A program made the position numbers and the translations under genes. Below are positions 52,001 through 62,821 of a DNA stretch of 64,000 nt, in pieces; positions within the stretch are counted from its first letter, which is position 1; every line of letters begins with the position of its first letter. The stretch covers positions 1,674,001 to 1,738,000 of the forward strand of contig CM035361.1 in assembly GCA_020137815.1 (NCBI GenBank). Reading direction: 5' to 3'. This stretch comes from Hormiphora californensis (lineage: Eukaryota > Animalia > Ctenophora). The notes beneath the pieces are model-generated. The model was not told the DNA's origin and made no database searches. It saw nothing but the letters and a program-made list of their open reading frames with translations.

Positions 52001-55000
52001 CACGCAAAGACAGTGGGACACACATCATCACGCCACGCATTTGCAAATTATAATAAGGATAACTGGGACTATTTTAAAACTACCTTTTGAGAGACAGGTG
52101 AAATGCAGTGTGCTCTACACCTCCCTTCTTGCCACTGTTTAGCTAACAGGACACTACGTTTGAACACCATCTGGCAGGGCATAGAACCATCTGAAACGAG
52201 GAAATCAATTTTACATAAAACATGGGTCATCATTTAGTGAAACTTGAAATATAGTAATGTTCCCGGATCTCTACACCAAATATTTGGCTGATAGATATTA
52301 TAGAAATATAGAGGTATTTAAAGCTCAAAGTTTTCTACCAACCCCCCCCCCACACACACACCACATGATATGTCCTCCTGAATAACACTAAACTCGAGCA
52401 CACCGTTGGGGGGGGGGGGGGGGGGGGGGTGCAGCCCCAAAAAATCAAACTTTTTCCGAAACCCAGGGTATGGTTGGTTTTTTTTGGTCTTTTTTGGTTG
52501 AAATTTCTTTGATTTTTTTTGGTCTTTTTTGATTTTTTTTGGTCTTTTTTGATTTTTTTTGATCGTTTTTGATCGTTTTTGATCGTTTTTGATTTTTTTT
52601 GAATTTTTTTGATCGTTTTTGAATTTTTTTGATCGTTTTTGATTTTTTAAATGTTTAATGTTTTTTGGTCGTTTTTGATTTTTTTGGTCATTTTTGAATT
52701 TTTTTGATCGTTTTTGAATTTTTTTGATCGTTTTTGATTTTTAAATGTTTAATGTTGAACAAAAAAGTTCAAAAACGATCAAATAAAATCAAAAACGATC
52801 AAAAAAGTTCAAAAAAAATCAAAAACGATCAAAAAAAATCAAAAAAATCAAAAAAAATCAAAAAAGATCAAAAAAAATAAAAAAAGATCAAAAAAAGTCA
52901 AAAAAAATCAAAAACGACCAAAAAAAATCAACACTTTTGAAAATCCAGGGTATGGTTGGTTATTTTTTGGGCTGCACCCCCCCCCCCACCGTTTAAACTC
53001 CTCTCTGTCTCTTCCCCGGCGTCTACACCCGTCTAAGAATAAATCTCTGCCTCAGTCTTTGTTTGAAGCTTTCAACTATCTACACGCCTCTCTTCAAGAT
53101 GAAAAGTATCTATCTTATTTTCCTGTTTTGTACTGGTAAGTGATGAAAAATTTGTCTAGTTTGGCCTTTTGCCAACTAAACAAAACAATATCATTATCAT
53201 TCTAATTTGTTCCTTGAATATCTGTATGTATTCCCAGTGGTTCACACAGCAGTTGATACAAGCTGGAAGCATGTGAAATATGGATGGAACCCATTTGATT
53301 TGGAATCATATCCTTTGGATGTTCTAACGACTGGTGATATTGGCCGTGTTAATATTGTCATGTATAGAAAGAACGAAACCAATCGTTTTGCGTTTGGAGA
53401 CATTCTCGGTCATATTAAACTAACCAGGAACCGACCGTAAACAACCAATCATAACTCGTTATTTAGGTCACGTGACTGGTTATCAGCCAATCAGGGACCA
53501 GTATTTTCTGATTCGGTCGGTTCCTGAAACTAACCCTGGTGCCTGATGAACCAATGGATGTTCTTGTGAAACCTGGAGATGAATTTCAGGTGCAACTACC
53601 AGATGACAATAGTACTAGGATTTGGAGAATTGCCAGAACCTCAGCTGGCTTTGTGATAACATGTAATGGCGTAGGGCTGGTTAATTACACCCACCCTGAG
53701 CCACACGCAGATCAATGGAACAAATACAAAGTTGGGCAGATAAGATTTTGGGAAAAATATACAGGAGATCCAAAACGTGATACGTTGTCACAGAAATTCA
53801 GAGGTAAAATAAGATATAGTGGAGTTTAAAAAACATTTCATCCAAATTGTTTAATAATTTCAGTGGGACACGGCTGTTCTACAATTATCGACAGTGCCGG
53901 ATTGAAGGAGCCAATACCGCAATCAGACCTGTACCCACCCCACACAACTTGTAATCTTGTAATCTTGTAATCTTCTTCGTGTACAAACTACACAGGTGTC
54001 AGTTCCTCACAGAGCCTCCCCCTCCCTGGAAACGATCCGTATCCAGTCCAAGATTGAATTGTTGTTTTGTTTTGGGTATCCGAGAACCGGTGGGCGATCC
54101 GGAAATCTCGTCATCCATTTCCCTAGTAGTACCTTGAACGACGGTAGGTTTTCCGCTAAGTTCACTTCCCTGGGTAGTGTGTTCCATAGTCGAGTCGCTC
54201 TACAGATAAACGAGTTGTGGTACTTCGTCGCGACTGACTTCTGTGTGTTTGTGGGACATGTTGGGACCTCCGCTTTTTTCCCGAGACGGTTGTTGTTATA
54301 AAAGCGGATGCCGATGTTGTTGGGTGCGTTGCCGTTTGCCATCTTCCACATCATTATGATGTTGTAACGTTCTCGGCGGCGTTGAAGGGAAGTAAAATTC
54401 AGCTTTTTCAAACGCTCCCAGTAGTTTAGTTCAGCCATTCCCTTGATCCGTTTGGTGAACTTCCGCTGGATTGCTTCAACGTCCTGGATGTCAGAGATCT
54501 TTGGCGAATCCCATAGTGGACAGCAATATTCCAGTTTACTGCGGACCAGGCTTTTGTACAGGATAGTCATAGTTTTTTCCTCCCTTGTTTTGAAGGCCCT
54601 CAATACCCATGCACTTATCTTTCGGGCGTCAGATGTCATTTTTCCTATTTGATGTTCCCAGGATAAATCATCTGACAGTTGGACCCCTAAGTCACGGACA
54701 CAATGTTTTGGTTCAATCTTGAGTCCCTCTGGAGTATAGTACGTTTGGAGGTCTTGGGTGAATGGTAACTGTTTAAGTAGTTGAGTTTTGTTGAGAGAGT
54801 ATTGCAAAACCTCAAACTTATCTTCGTTCAGACTCATGTTGTTGGCCTTCGACCAAATTCCCACTTTTGTCAGGTCCTCTTGGAGTTGGTCATGTGACAC
54901 TTCTCTTTCAATTCCCTTTATGAGTTTAGTGTCGTCGGCAAGAGTTTTGGTTGTTGAGTGTACAACGGCTGAGTTTAGGTCCGCAACATATATGATGAAG

Positions 55001-58000
55001 AGTATTGGCCCGAGTACGGTTCCTTGAGGAACTCCACTAAGCACTTTCTCCAGTGATGAGAGTTTTCCATCCACCACGACAGTTTGGTATCTGTCGGTCA
55101 GGAAGCATCTGATCCAACTGAGAACTTTTCCGCGGATACCGTAACGTTCTAGCTTTGCCAGGAGAACGCTGATGTCGACCTTATCAAATGCCTTTGCATA
55201 GTCGACATATATAACGTCGACTTCGTTTCCCTCCCTTAGTTCTTTTAGGATTGTATCCACGTGTTCAATCAACTGGGTGAGACAGCTCCGTTGCTTCCGG
55301 AACCCATGCTGAGATTCGGGAAATAGGTTATTCTCCTCGAAGTGTTGGACAAGGTGTTTCTTCATGACACGTTCGAATGTTTTGATGACATTTGACGTGA
55401 GGGAGACGGGGCGGTAATTCGCAGCTTTGGTTCTATCTCCTTTTTTGAAGATGGGTACTACTTGTTGTTTCTTCATAGACGGTGGGATGACTTCCTCTTC
55501 CATTGATTTGTTCCAGAGGAGCCAAAAAGGGTAGCAAAGCTGTGCTCTGCACTCGTAAAGAATCCTAGCCGGGATGTCACCGTCCGGTGCCGCTCCATAC
55601 GGATCAATTTCCTTTAGGGCGGACTGGATATCCTCTGGCGTAAAGTCAAAGTTTTCAGTGACCAGATTTGGTTCCGACTTAATCCAGGTCAGGCTCTTCT
55701 CAGCGTCTACATCAGCAGGGTTGCTGAACACTCCTACATATTGGTTTTGTAGTAGCTGTGCTTTCTCAGCACTGTCGGTTGTCAGGCTTCCATCCTGTCT
55801 CCTCAGTGGTGCGATTGTTGAAGCTGTTTTAGACTTCTTTTTTGCATAAGTGTAGAAGAAACGAGGGTTGATTTTTATCGTTCCGACTGCGTTTATCTCC
55901 TCTTGGTCTAGGTTTTCAAGGATCTTCTCCTTCCTTCTGACAGTTAGGAGGTCCAGTTCCTCATAAAGAGTTTCCTTACTGAGTGGGTCAAGATCTCCTT
56001 CTAGTTTCTTCTTTATTTTTCTTGACTTCCGTTTAAAAGATTCAGATATCCTCTGTGTATGCCGTTTACCTTTTCCGTGTTCGGCCTTACCAGGGAGGGT
56101 TTCTTCTGCAATTTCACGTACGATTTGGGTTACGTAGGTCTTGAACTGCTCAAGGTCATAAACATCACCATTTTTGCAGAGCTGGAGTAGTCCATCCCAG
56201 TTTATTTCGCACAGTTGTGTTTTCATTGGGAGGTAGTCAACATTATGTATCTTCACTTTTCTGAAGGGGTCATCTTCAGTTTTAGCGTTAACCACACTGT
56301 CCAATGGGTTGTATGCCATGGTACATTCCACTACACGATGGTCAGATATTTTGCTATCTACAGTTGTCACATTTGCAAAGTATTCAGGGGTGTTTGTGAA
56401 CACCAGATCCAGGATATTCGTTCCTCTTGTTGGGGTTGTGACAAGTTGTGTAATGAAATTCTCGTTGACGAATTCAAGAGTTTGGTGGTAAGGGCCAGCC
56501 TCTCTTCCTCCTTGGGATGGAAATGTCATTGTTTCCCAATCTATGTTTGGGAGATTGAAGTCTCCGATGATAACAATCTCTGGTGTTCGCCCATCATTTT
56601 CCTCGATAACCGAGTTGATCTCTGCTTGGAGTTTCGTTAGAGATTCTGCATACGATTTTTCCTCTGTGTCTGGTGGTCGGTACATACAGGCAAAGAAAAG
56701 GTTTTTCTGTTCGGAGAAAGCGGTTACAAGACTTGTCTGGCGGTCACTCCATGAAAATTGTTTTGTAATCGGCACGTCTTTGTTGATGTATAACAAGCAA
56801 GTTGCTTGAAGCAACCTCCTCCGACTTTCAATTCTCTATCTGCTCTCAGAGTAACGTACCCGGGAATCGATATTTGGGCATCTGATATGTAACTTTTTAG
56901 CCACGTTTCGGTGATACCCACTGCTAAAACAGGTGGTTCGTTTGAGTTCGGGGACATCAGTGTTTCCTGGATGTAGGGGAGTTTCCATTTAGTCTCCCCA
57001 CCAGCTGCCGGTGAGATCGACCTGCAGTTTAGTAGAAGGACCTTTGAGATCGGTGAGTCAGAGGATGGAGTGTCTGTAGCTCTCCTATTCTCTCTGTTGG
57101 TATCATGTAGTCTGGCATAATCCCTGAGTGGTCCATGGTGAAGGGTTTGACCGGAGAGCTTGTATCCCTTTGGATTAGGGCTTTCATCAGCTGTTGAATC
57201 TGTTGACCCTGATATAGGAACCCTTCCTTCATTTCCTTTACCAGGGATTTCAGAAAAACCGATGTTTCGGAGGAATCCCGTCCCTCCGGGGTGTGGTTCA
57301 GTGCATCGGTATAGGGATGGGGGTGGGTATGGGGACGGGGGCTATTGTCCTCGCTCCTCTGTGTAGTTGTTTCCCTTCCAGTAGTAGGTGCCACTGGTCG
57401 TGTTCCGAGCCGAGTTCCTTCCGTGTGAAAGAACTTACATGTGGTGGGGTTTGGGCAGACCTTCTCTTTAGATTCAGATCCTCTGCAAAGTTTTGGGTGA
57501 AGGAACTCGCATTGTGATCCTTTTTTGCATCCGTTTTTCCCGTACGCTCCCTTCCTAAGCTTTCTGCAAATTTTAGGATGTCTTCCTGGGCACACCTTTC
57601 CACCTCTTTTGATTTTGCCATTGATTCCGTGCTCACATCGTCCATACTGAACAAACACCCTACAGTCAGTTTCGGTAGGCTGGCCCACGGCTCCAGCTGG
57701 TGGTTGGATAGGGGTGATTACTGGAGCTTTGTGTTCATATCGACAGGTCTGTCCGTCTACTTCCTTGGTCCCGTCTGGACCGTGTCGACAATTTCCTTTG
57801 CGGAAGAAACTACATGGCTTGGAGATCCTTTCAAAGGGGGGTTCCTCTTTTTTCTCCACTGGTTTTGGTTCCCCTTCTTTCTCCACTTGTTGAGAGGCAT
57901 CAATCTGGGAGAGGTCGATGGTGTCGGATTGTGAATATTCTCCAGCTGGATCATTCTTTTCATCTTTATGATCTTCTGGGGGGTCTCGTCCTATTTCGTA

Positions 58001-59900
58001 GAGGGTCAGTGACTTTCTGAGAGAAAGACTTGTTTTTTCTGCACATTCCAGGCAAAGCCATTTGAAGCCATTGCTTGCTCCAATTTTTGAGATGGCCTCT
58101 CCGAGCTCACTGATAACTTCACAGTCATGGGAGTGACGGTAACATGACCAGCATGTGAAGATGGGTGTCTCTTCAAAATCGGGTTGGTATAAGGCGGGAC
58201 AGTCAGTACACCGAGCCGGGAACAGGCTTTCTATCTTCTTGATGATCCGGTGGCTCAAGGTTTGCCTATTTTTGGCCGGTCTCTTACCACCAGAGCTAGA
58301 GGTATCGGTATCCTGTATTATACCCAGGAAGGCCGCGGCCTCCAAAGCTTCAGGGCGGGAGGATTTACCCAGGTTGGTGATATTGGTTGTTATACTCGCA
58401 CCAAATTTGTAGGCTAGGAGCGTTTTTTGAGCGAGCGGGTGGGTTTGGGCAGACAACGATACCAGTTTGACGATCACAGCTGCGGCTCGGTCCTCCATTT
58501 CTTTCTTGGAGATCGGCTTATCGGCTGATTTTGGCGCCGGCTTGGTTTCAGGATCCTTTGGGCTATCGATGCCCTCCACTTTGGTGTTTGACATTGTCTA
58601 CACGGGAAATTTGAGGGAGGGTGCCGCCTCAAATTAATTTGTTTAAAGTAGTGTTGAAAAGTTTGAAACTCTACCTATACCCTGCTACCTATACCCTGCT
58701 CCAACACTGCATCTCTACACCCTCTCTACTGTTTACCTAACTACACATGGTCGCCCCATGATTGTACCACTATGATTGGTGAGTTTTAAACAAAGACCTT
58801 AATTCACCCTTCACCGTTCATTATCAAATCATGAATTCCCCCAACCATATCCCATGCCAAGCCAAGCCAAGGTGATTGCAATCGATTGTTAGATCAGATG
58901 TTTATAATTAGAAAACTAAAAATATTAGACCGTGCAGTATACCATGCAAAAATATTTCATCCTAAGATTCCGATAAATCAAGGTTTGACTGCATACTTAG
59001 TAAGATTGAAGTAGTTATCAGGACTGTTATAATTAACTTACCAATTTCTGTAGGAGGGGTGCTCTTCTTTCCCCCAAATCATAGTTATCAGCACTGTACT
59101 TACCAATTTCTGTAGGAGGGGTGCTCTTCTTTCCCCCAAATCATAGTTATCAGGACTGTAATTAACTTACCAATTTCTGTAGGAGGGGTGCTCTTCTGAA
59201 CACACTTGATCCCCCAAATCATGTCTGATGTACAGATCTTGTACCAATCACGGGATACCTGATAGAGTAGAGGGGTAGTTAGCACTAGCTGGTAATATGG
59301 GGGAACATTTTTCTTTCTACAGTCGGACCCCGATTTACCGGATAAACTCTCCCCGATGTAGGAAATTAACAGTATTTGACCCCGATATACCGGGCAAAAC
59401 CCTTTCCCCCGAGCTTCCCGGTAAATTGGGGTCCCACTGTAGTCTGTACTAACATGGGAGAAGTAGAAAAGAGAGATGGTTAGTTAGCTACAAAAAAGAA
59501 GGAATGTTTTGATCACCTCGCTCGCATTAATCAGGTCCTTTGCCGTCAGATAGGATAGGATTTTTAAGGTTAAATCTGTTGGTAACTTGGTCACAAAGTC
59601 TCTATACCTTCGTAGCTGGGGGAGGAATCTTTATTAACTTAACCATTACGTGCAACTAATTATCAGATTCTATAGAAGTAGAAGTTGCATACAGTGTCAA
59701 TTTAATTCTGCTGAATGTATAATATACGGTCATTTCAAATTATTCTCTTTGAAATTTTGCCAGTTGTTACTCTACCGAACCCTCACAGATTTGTGATGTG
59801 AACTACAAAGTACTCACATTGAGAAGTAGAGTTGTGTAGTATAATTCCTGGACAGACAGACGGCATAAGATGAGATACAGAGACTCCAACTTTTCTTTGT
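46075..59900 (-). CDS. F-box/WD40-repeat protein (FBXW family); start exon not identified
   Basis: D-domain-like exon 59818-59900 (EKLESLYLILCRLSVQEL). F-box RDFVTKLPTDLTLKILSYLTAKDLINASE|VSRDWYKI. WD40 exons GDIKIWS, SCSSDGSIKIWN, TGGEDKMARSWD, GHAGSVFSL...TGGADK|MVKIWN, SVGADKALRVWK. Stop near 46075. Confidence 0.88.
47110..48025 (-). mobile_element. 5'-truncated CR1/L2-group LINE (ORF2 C-terminus plus 3' UTR)
   Basis: ORF ...FRNSYFYRSFSYWNSLPLSIRQ...F..RLK is a typical CR1-group ORF2 tail. It is followed by a long 3' UTR and an A-rich end, with imperfect flanking repeat CAATGA(C/T)CA. Confidence 0.75.
48874..49045. mobile_element. Tc1/pogo-type MITE (best-preserved copy of the CAGTCGGACCCCG family)
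   Basis: TA|CAGTCGGACCCCGATTTACCGGG...CCCGGTAAATCGGGGTCCGACTG|TA. Confidence 0.9.
50437..52059 (-). mobile_element. Single non-autonomous Helitron unit interrupted by a nested MITE
   Basis: Minus strand A|TCCTTATTATAATTTGC ... CAATGGGCTTTCTAG|T. Homologous to the tandem units at 59972-61576. Confidence 0.8.
50829..52021. mobile_element. Tc1/mariner-type MITE with ~390-bp TIRs nested in the Helitron
   Basis: TA|CAGGGTGTCCCACTGTCTTTGCGTGACC... and inverted ...GGTCACGCAAAGACAGTGGGACAC (right tip eroded). Confidence 0.85.
52408..52988. mobile_element. Foldback element: GGGGGTGCAGCCC ends with inverted (TTTTTGATCG)n / (CGATCAAAAA)n arrays
   Basis: Terminal IR poly-G-TGCAGCCC...GGGCTGCA-poly-C. 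A second copy lies at ~62023-62647. Confidence 0.7.
53099..53949 (+). pseudogene. Nested antisense gene for a secreted uncharacterised beta-rich protein, disrupted by a hAT MITE and a LINE
   Basis: Exon 1 MKSIYLIFLFCT|gtaagt (signal peptide). Exon 2 (53238-53803) is open once the MITE and one TSD are removed (FDLESYPLDV...IKLTLVPDEP...IWRIART...ITCNGV...W...IRFW...DTLSQKFR). Exon 3 from 53864 runs into the LINE tail. Confidence 0.7.
53425..53526. mobile_element. hAT-type MITE with 8-bp TSD AAACTAAC inside a coding exon
   Basis: AAACTAAC|CAGGAACCGACCG...CGGTCGGTTCCTG|AAACTAAC. Confidence 0.92.
54007..57050 (-). CDS. LINE ORF2: APE endonuclease plus reverse transcriptase; one frameshift at ~56800
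   Basis: LLNCRSI, GITETWL, CMYRPP, IIGDFNLP, LDLVFTN, SDH, NYRPVSLT, QHGFR, DYAKAFDKV, SGVPQGTVLGP, LADDTKL, RDLGV. Confidence 0.92.
57029..58594 (-). CDS. LINE ORF1 with a PHD-like finger and tandem CCCH zinc fingers
   Basis: 521-aa intact ORF: CTDC...CWSCYRHSHDC...WLCLEC; CSFFRKGNCRHG...C..H; CKKGSQCEFLHPKLC; CKFFH. Confidence 0.9.
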   Translation of the reverse strand: MSNTKVEGIDSPKDPETKPAPKSADKPISKKEMEDRAAAVIVKLVSLSAQTHPLAQKTLLAYKFGASITTNITNLGKSSRPEALEAAAFLGIIQDTDTSSSGGKRPAKNRQTLSHRIIKKIESLFPARCTDCPALYQPDFEETPIFTCWSCYRHSHDCEVISELGEAISKIGASNGFKWLCLECAEKTSLSLRKSLTLYEIGRDPPEDHKDEKNDPAGEYSQSDTIDLSQIDASQQVEKEGEPKPVEKKEEPPFERISKPCSFFRKGNCRHGPDGTKEVDGQTCRYEHKAPVITPIQPPAGAVGQPTETDCRVFVQYGRCEHGINGKIKRGGKVCPGRHPKICRKLRKGAYGKNGCKKGSQCEFLHPKLCRGSESKEKVCPNPTTCKFFHTEGTRLGTRPVAPTTGRETTTQRSEDNSPRPHTHPHPYTDALNHTPEGRDSSETSVFLKSLVKEMKEGFLYQGQQIQQLMKALIQRDTSSPVKPFTMDHSGIMPDYMIPTERIGELQTLHPLTHRSQRSFY

Positions 59901-59971
59901 CTGAGAGAGATGAGACGGATTACTGTTACTGTTTCGAGAAAGCCAGATTTGAAAGAAGGGTTCATACCTTA

Positions 59972-61576
59972 TCCTTATTATAATTTGCAAATGAACGTCG
60001 TAGTGATGAGGAGTATGATGACCTATCATCACGTGCAAATGGTGGGGGGTTGCCAAGGAGGTGCCTTGGAAGGGGTATTGGAGGGGGATACTGCACGTGC
60101 ATGTTGTTGGTTGTTTGTTGCGTGTTCCTGTGTTGTTCCTGTGTTGTTCCTGTGGTGTTTTGGGATCTACTGCTGGGGCCCCCATGATTGCCAAAGCTTT
60201 TCTACCTACGTACCCCATTGATTCTCTTCACATCTACACTTCTACGGATCTTTATCACCTAATTCTACATACATTATTCAGCGGAATTTCCCTTGATGTT
60301 TATCAACAGCGCTCTACCACTCTACCAACCTCCGTATTCTTTACCCCAACATGGAGAGACAAAGAGTGAGAGGGGGGGGCATAGAGACGGGTGGGGGGAG
60401 GTGTGTTGTAGGACTTAACAATGGGCTTTCTAGTCCTTATTATAAAGTACAAATGCGTGGCGTGATGAGGATGGTGACCTATCCTCACGTGCAAATGGTG
60501 GGGGGTTGCCAAGGGGGTGGCTTGGAAGGGGTATTGGAGGGGGGATACTGCACGTGCATGTTGTTGGTTGTTTGTTGTGTGTTCCTGTGTGGTGTTTCGT
60601 GGTGTTTTGGGATCTACTACTGGGGCCGCCATGATTGCCAAAGCCTTTCTACCTACGTACCCCGTTGACTCTCTACACAGCTACTACAATTCTACGGATC
60701 TTTATCACCTGATTCTACATATGTTATTCAGTGAGATTTCCCTTGATGTTTATCACCAGCGCTCTACAAGTACTAAACTCCGTATTCTTTACCCCGACAT
60801 GGAGAGACGAAGATCAGTAAGAGGGGGGGGGGGGCATAGAGACGGGTGGGGGGGGGGGGGGGGGTATTGTAGGACTTAGCAATGGGCTTTCTAGTCCTTA
60901 TTATAAAGTACAAATGCGTGGCGTCGTGATGACCTATCCTCACGTGCAAATAGAGGGGGTTGCCAAGGTTGGAGGTTTTGGGGGATACTGCACGTGCATG
61001 TTGTTGGTTGTTTGTTGTGTGTTCCTGTGGTGTTCCTGTGGTGTTTTGGGATCTACTGCTGGCGCCCCATGATTGCCAAAGCCTTTCTACCTACGTACCC
61101 CGTTGATTCTCTACACAGCTACAATTCTACGGATCTTTATCACCTGATTCTACATGTTATTCAGCGGGATTTCCCTTGATGTTTATCACCAGCGCTCTAC
61201 CACTACCAACCTCCGTATTCTTTACCCCGACATGGAGAGACGAAGAGTAAGAGGGGGGGGGGGGGACATATAGTCGGGGGGGGGGGGGGGGGGGGGTGGT
61301 GTTGTAGGACTTAACAATGGGCTTTCTAGTCCTTATTATAAAGTACAAATGAACGTCGTGAGGAGGATGATGACCTATCCACACGTGCAAATAGAGGGGG
61401 TTGCCAAGGAGGTGGCTTGGGAGGGGTATTGGAGGGGATACTGCACGTGCATGTTATTGTTTGTTTGTTGCGTGTTCCTGTGGCTGTTGTTGTTGGTGTT
61501 TTGGGATCTACTGTGGGGGCCGCCATGATTGCCAAAGCCTTTCTACCTACGTACCCCGTTGATTCTCTACACAGCT
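59972..61576 (+). mobile_element. Head-to-tail tandem array of ~450-bp non-autonomous Helitron units
   Basis: Units 59972-60433, 60434-60894, 60895-61329 and 61330-~61576 (truncated). Each junction is ...GGGCTTTCTAG|TCCTTATTATAA... Confidence 0.85.
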
Positions 61577-62022
61577 GGGGGGGGGGGGGGGGCCCGCGTA
61601 TTAAATTGTCCGTGTTTATTTAGGACATTAAAAGACATTAAAGGACATTATAAGACATTAAAAGACATTAAATTATAACTTCCATAAACCATTCCAAAAT
61701 GTGTTACCAAACATGTTTACCACCAATGTACTACTAAAGGTCCCATCTTTCGATTCCAATGAATGTCATAAATGTTCACTGGTGATTAGGCTTGCTTTTG
61801 CGTGGGTGCGGTACCTTTTTTACATACATGCATATTTCAAGCCTAGACGATATCTCAAAATCATCTTATGAAACGAGTAGAAAAGACACCGAAGGCTTTA
61901 GAGTGAGAGAGAACAGCCCCGATTTTGATGAAACTTGGTCAGAATAGTGTTTGGTGTCAAAAAAAATTTAGTGCTCAACTCCTAAATTTACGATTTTTAG
62001 GTTTTTTAGGTTTTTTGGTTTT

Positions 62023-62647
62023 TGGGGGGGGTGCAGCCCCAAAAAAATTCAAACTTTTTCCGAAACCCAGGGTATGGTTGGTTTTTTTTGGTTTTTTTTG
62101 GTTGAAATTTCTTTGATTTTTTTTGGTCGTTTTTGATTTTTTTTGGTCGTTTTTGATTTTTTTTGGTCGTTTTTGATTTTTTTTGATCTTTTTTTGATTT
62201 TTTTTGATCGTTTTTGATTTTTTTTGAATTTTTTTTGAATTTTTTTGATCGTTTTTGAATTTTTATGATCGTTTTTGATTTTTTTTAATTGTTTAATGTT
62301 GAACAAAAAAGTTCAAAAAAAATCAAAAACGATCAAATAAAATCAAAAACGATCAAAAAAATTCAAAAAAATCAAAAACGATCAAAAAATTCAACAAAAA
62401 AATCAAAAACGATCAAAAAAAATAAAAAAAGATCAAAAAAAATCAAAAACGACCAAAAAAAATCAAAAAAGATCAAAAAAAATCAAAAACGACCAAAAAA
62501 AATAAAAAAAATCAAAAACGACCAAAAAAAATCAAAAAAGATCAAAAAAAATCAAAAACGACCAAAAAAAATCAAAAACGACCAAAAAAAATCAACACTT
62601 TTGAAAATCCAGGGTATGGTTGGTTTTTTTTGGGCTGCACCCCCCCC
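62023..62647. mobile_element. Second copy of the GGGGGTGCAGCCC foldback element
   Basis: Same ends and internal inverted microsatellite-like arrays as 52408-52988. Confidence 0.7.
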
Positions 62648-62821
62648 GTTTTTATGGGTTTCAGGAACTTCCTAGAACAAAATGAATAGAACCATCTTTC
62701 TCAGCGTGAAATTCTGTATCGATTTTAGTGGCTATAAACCTTTCTATGACGTAGAGTTATCCCAAACGGGTACATGTTATAGGGGCGGGTACATGTTTTA
62801 GGCTAACGGGCGAACCTCTTG

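Larger units (their letters stand above)
53950..58738 (-). mobile_element. Near full-length CR1-group non-LTR retrotransposon
   Basis: ORF1 plus APE-RT ORF2 and a (GATTACAA)n tail at ~53950-53972. 5' boundary approximate, with a possible AACT TSD. Confidence 0.93.

Noticed and set aside
62049-62675. Lys-rich ORFs
   Set aside because: Translations of the (CGATCAAAAA)n arrays of a foldback element.
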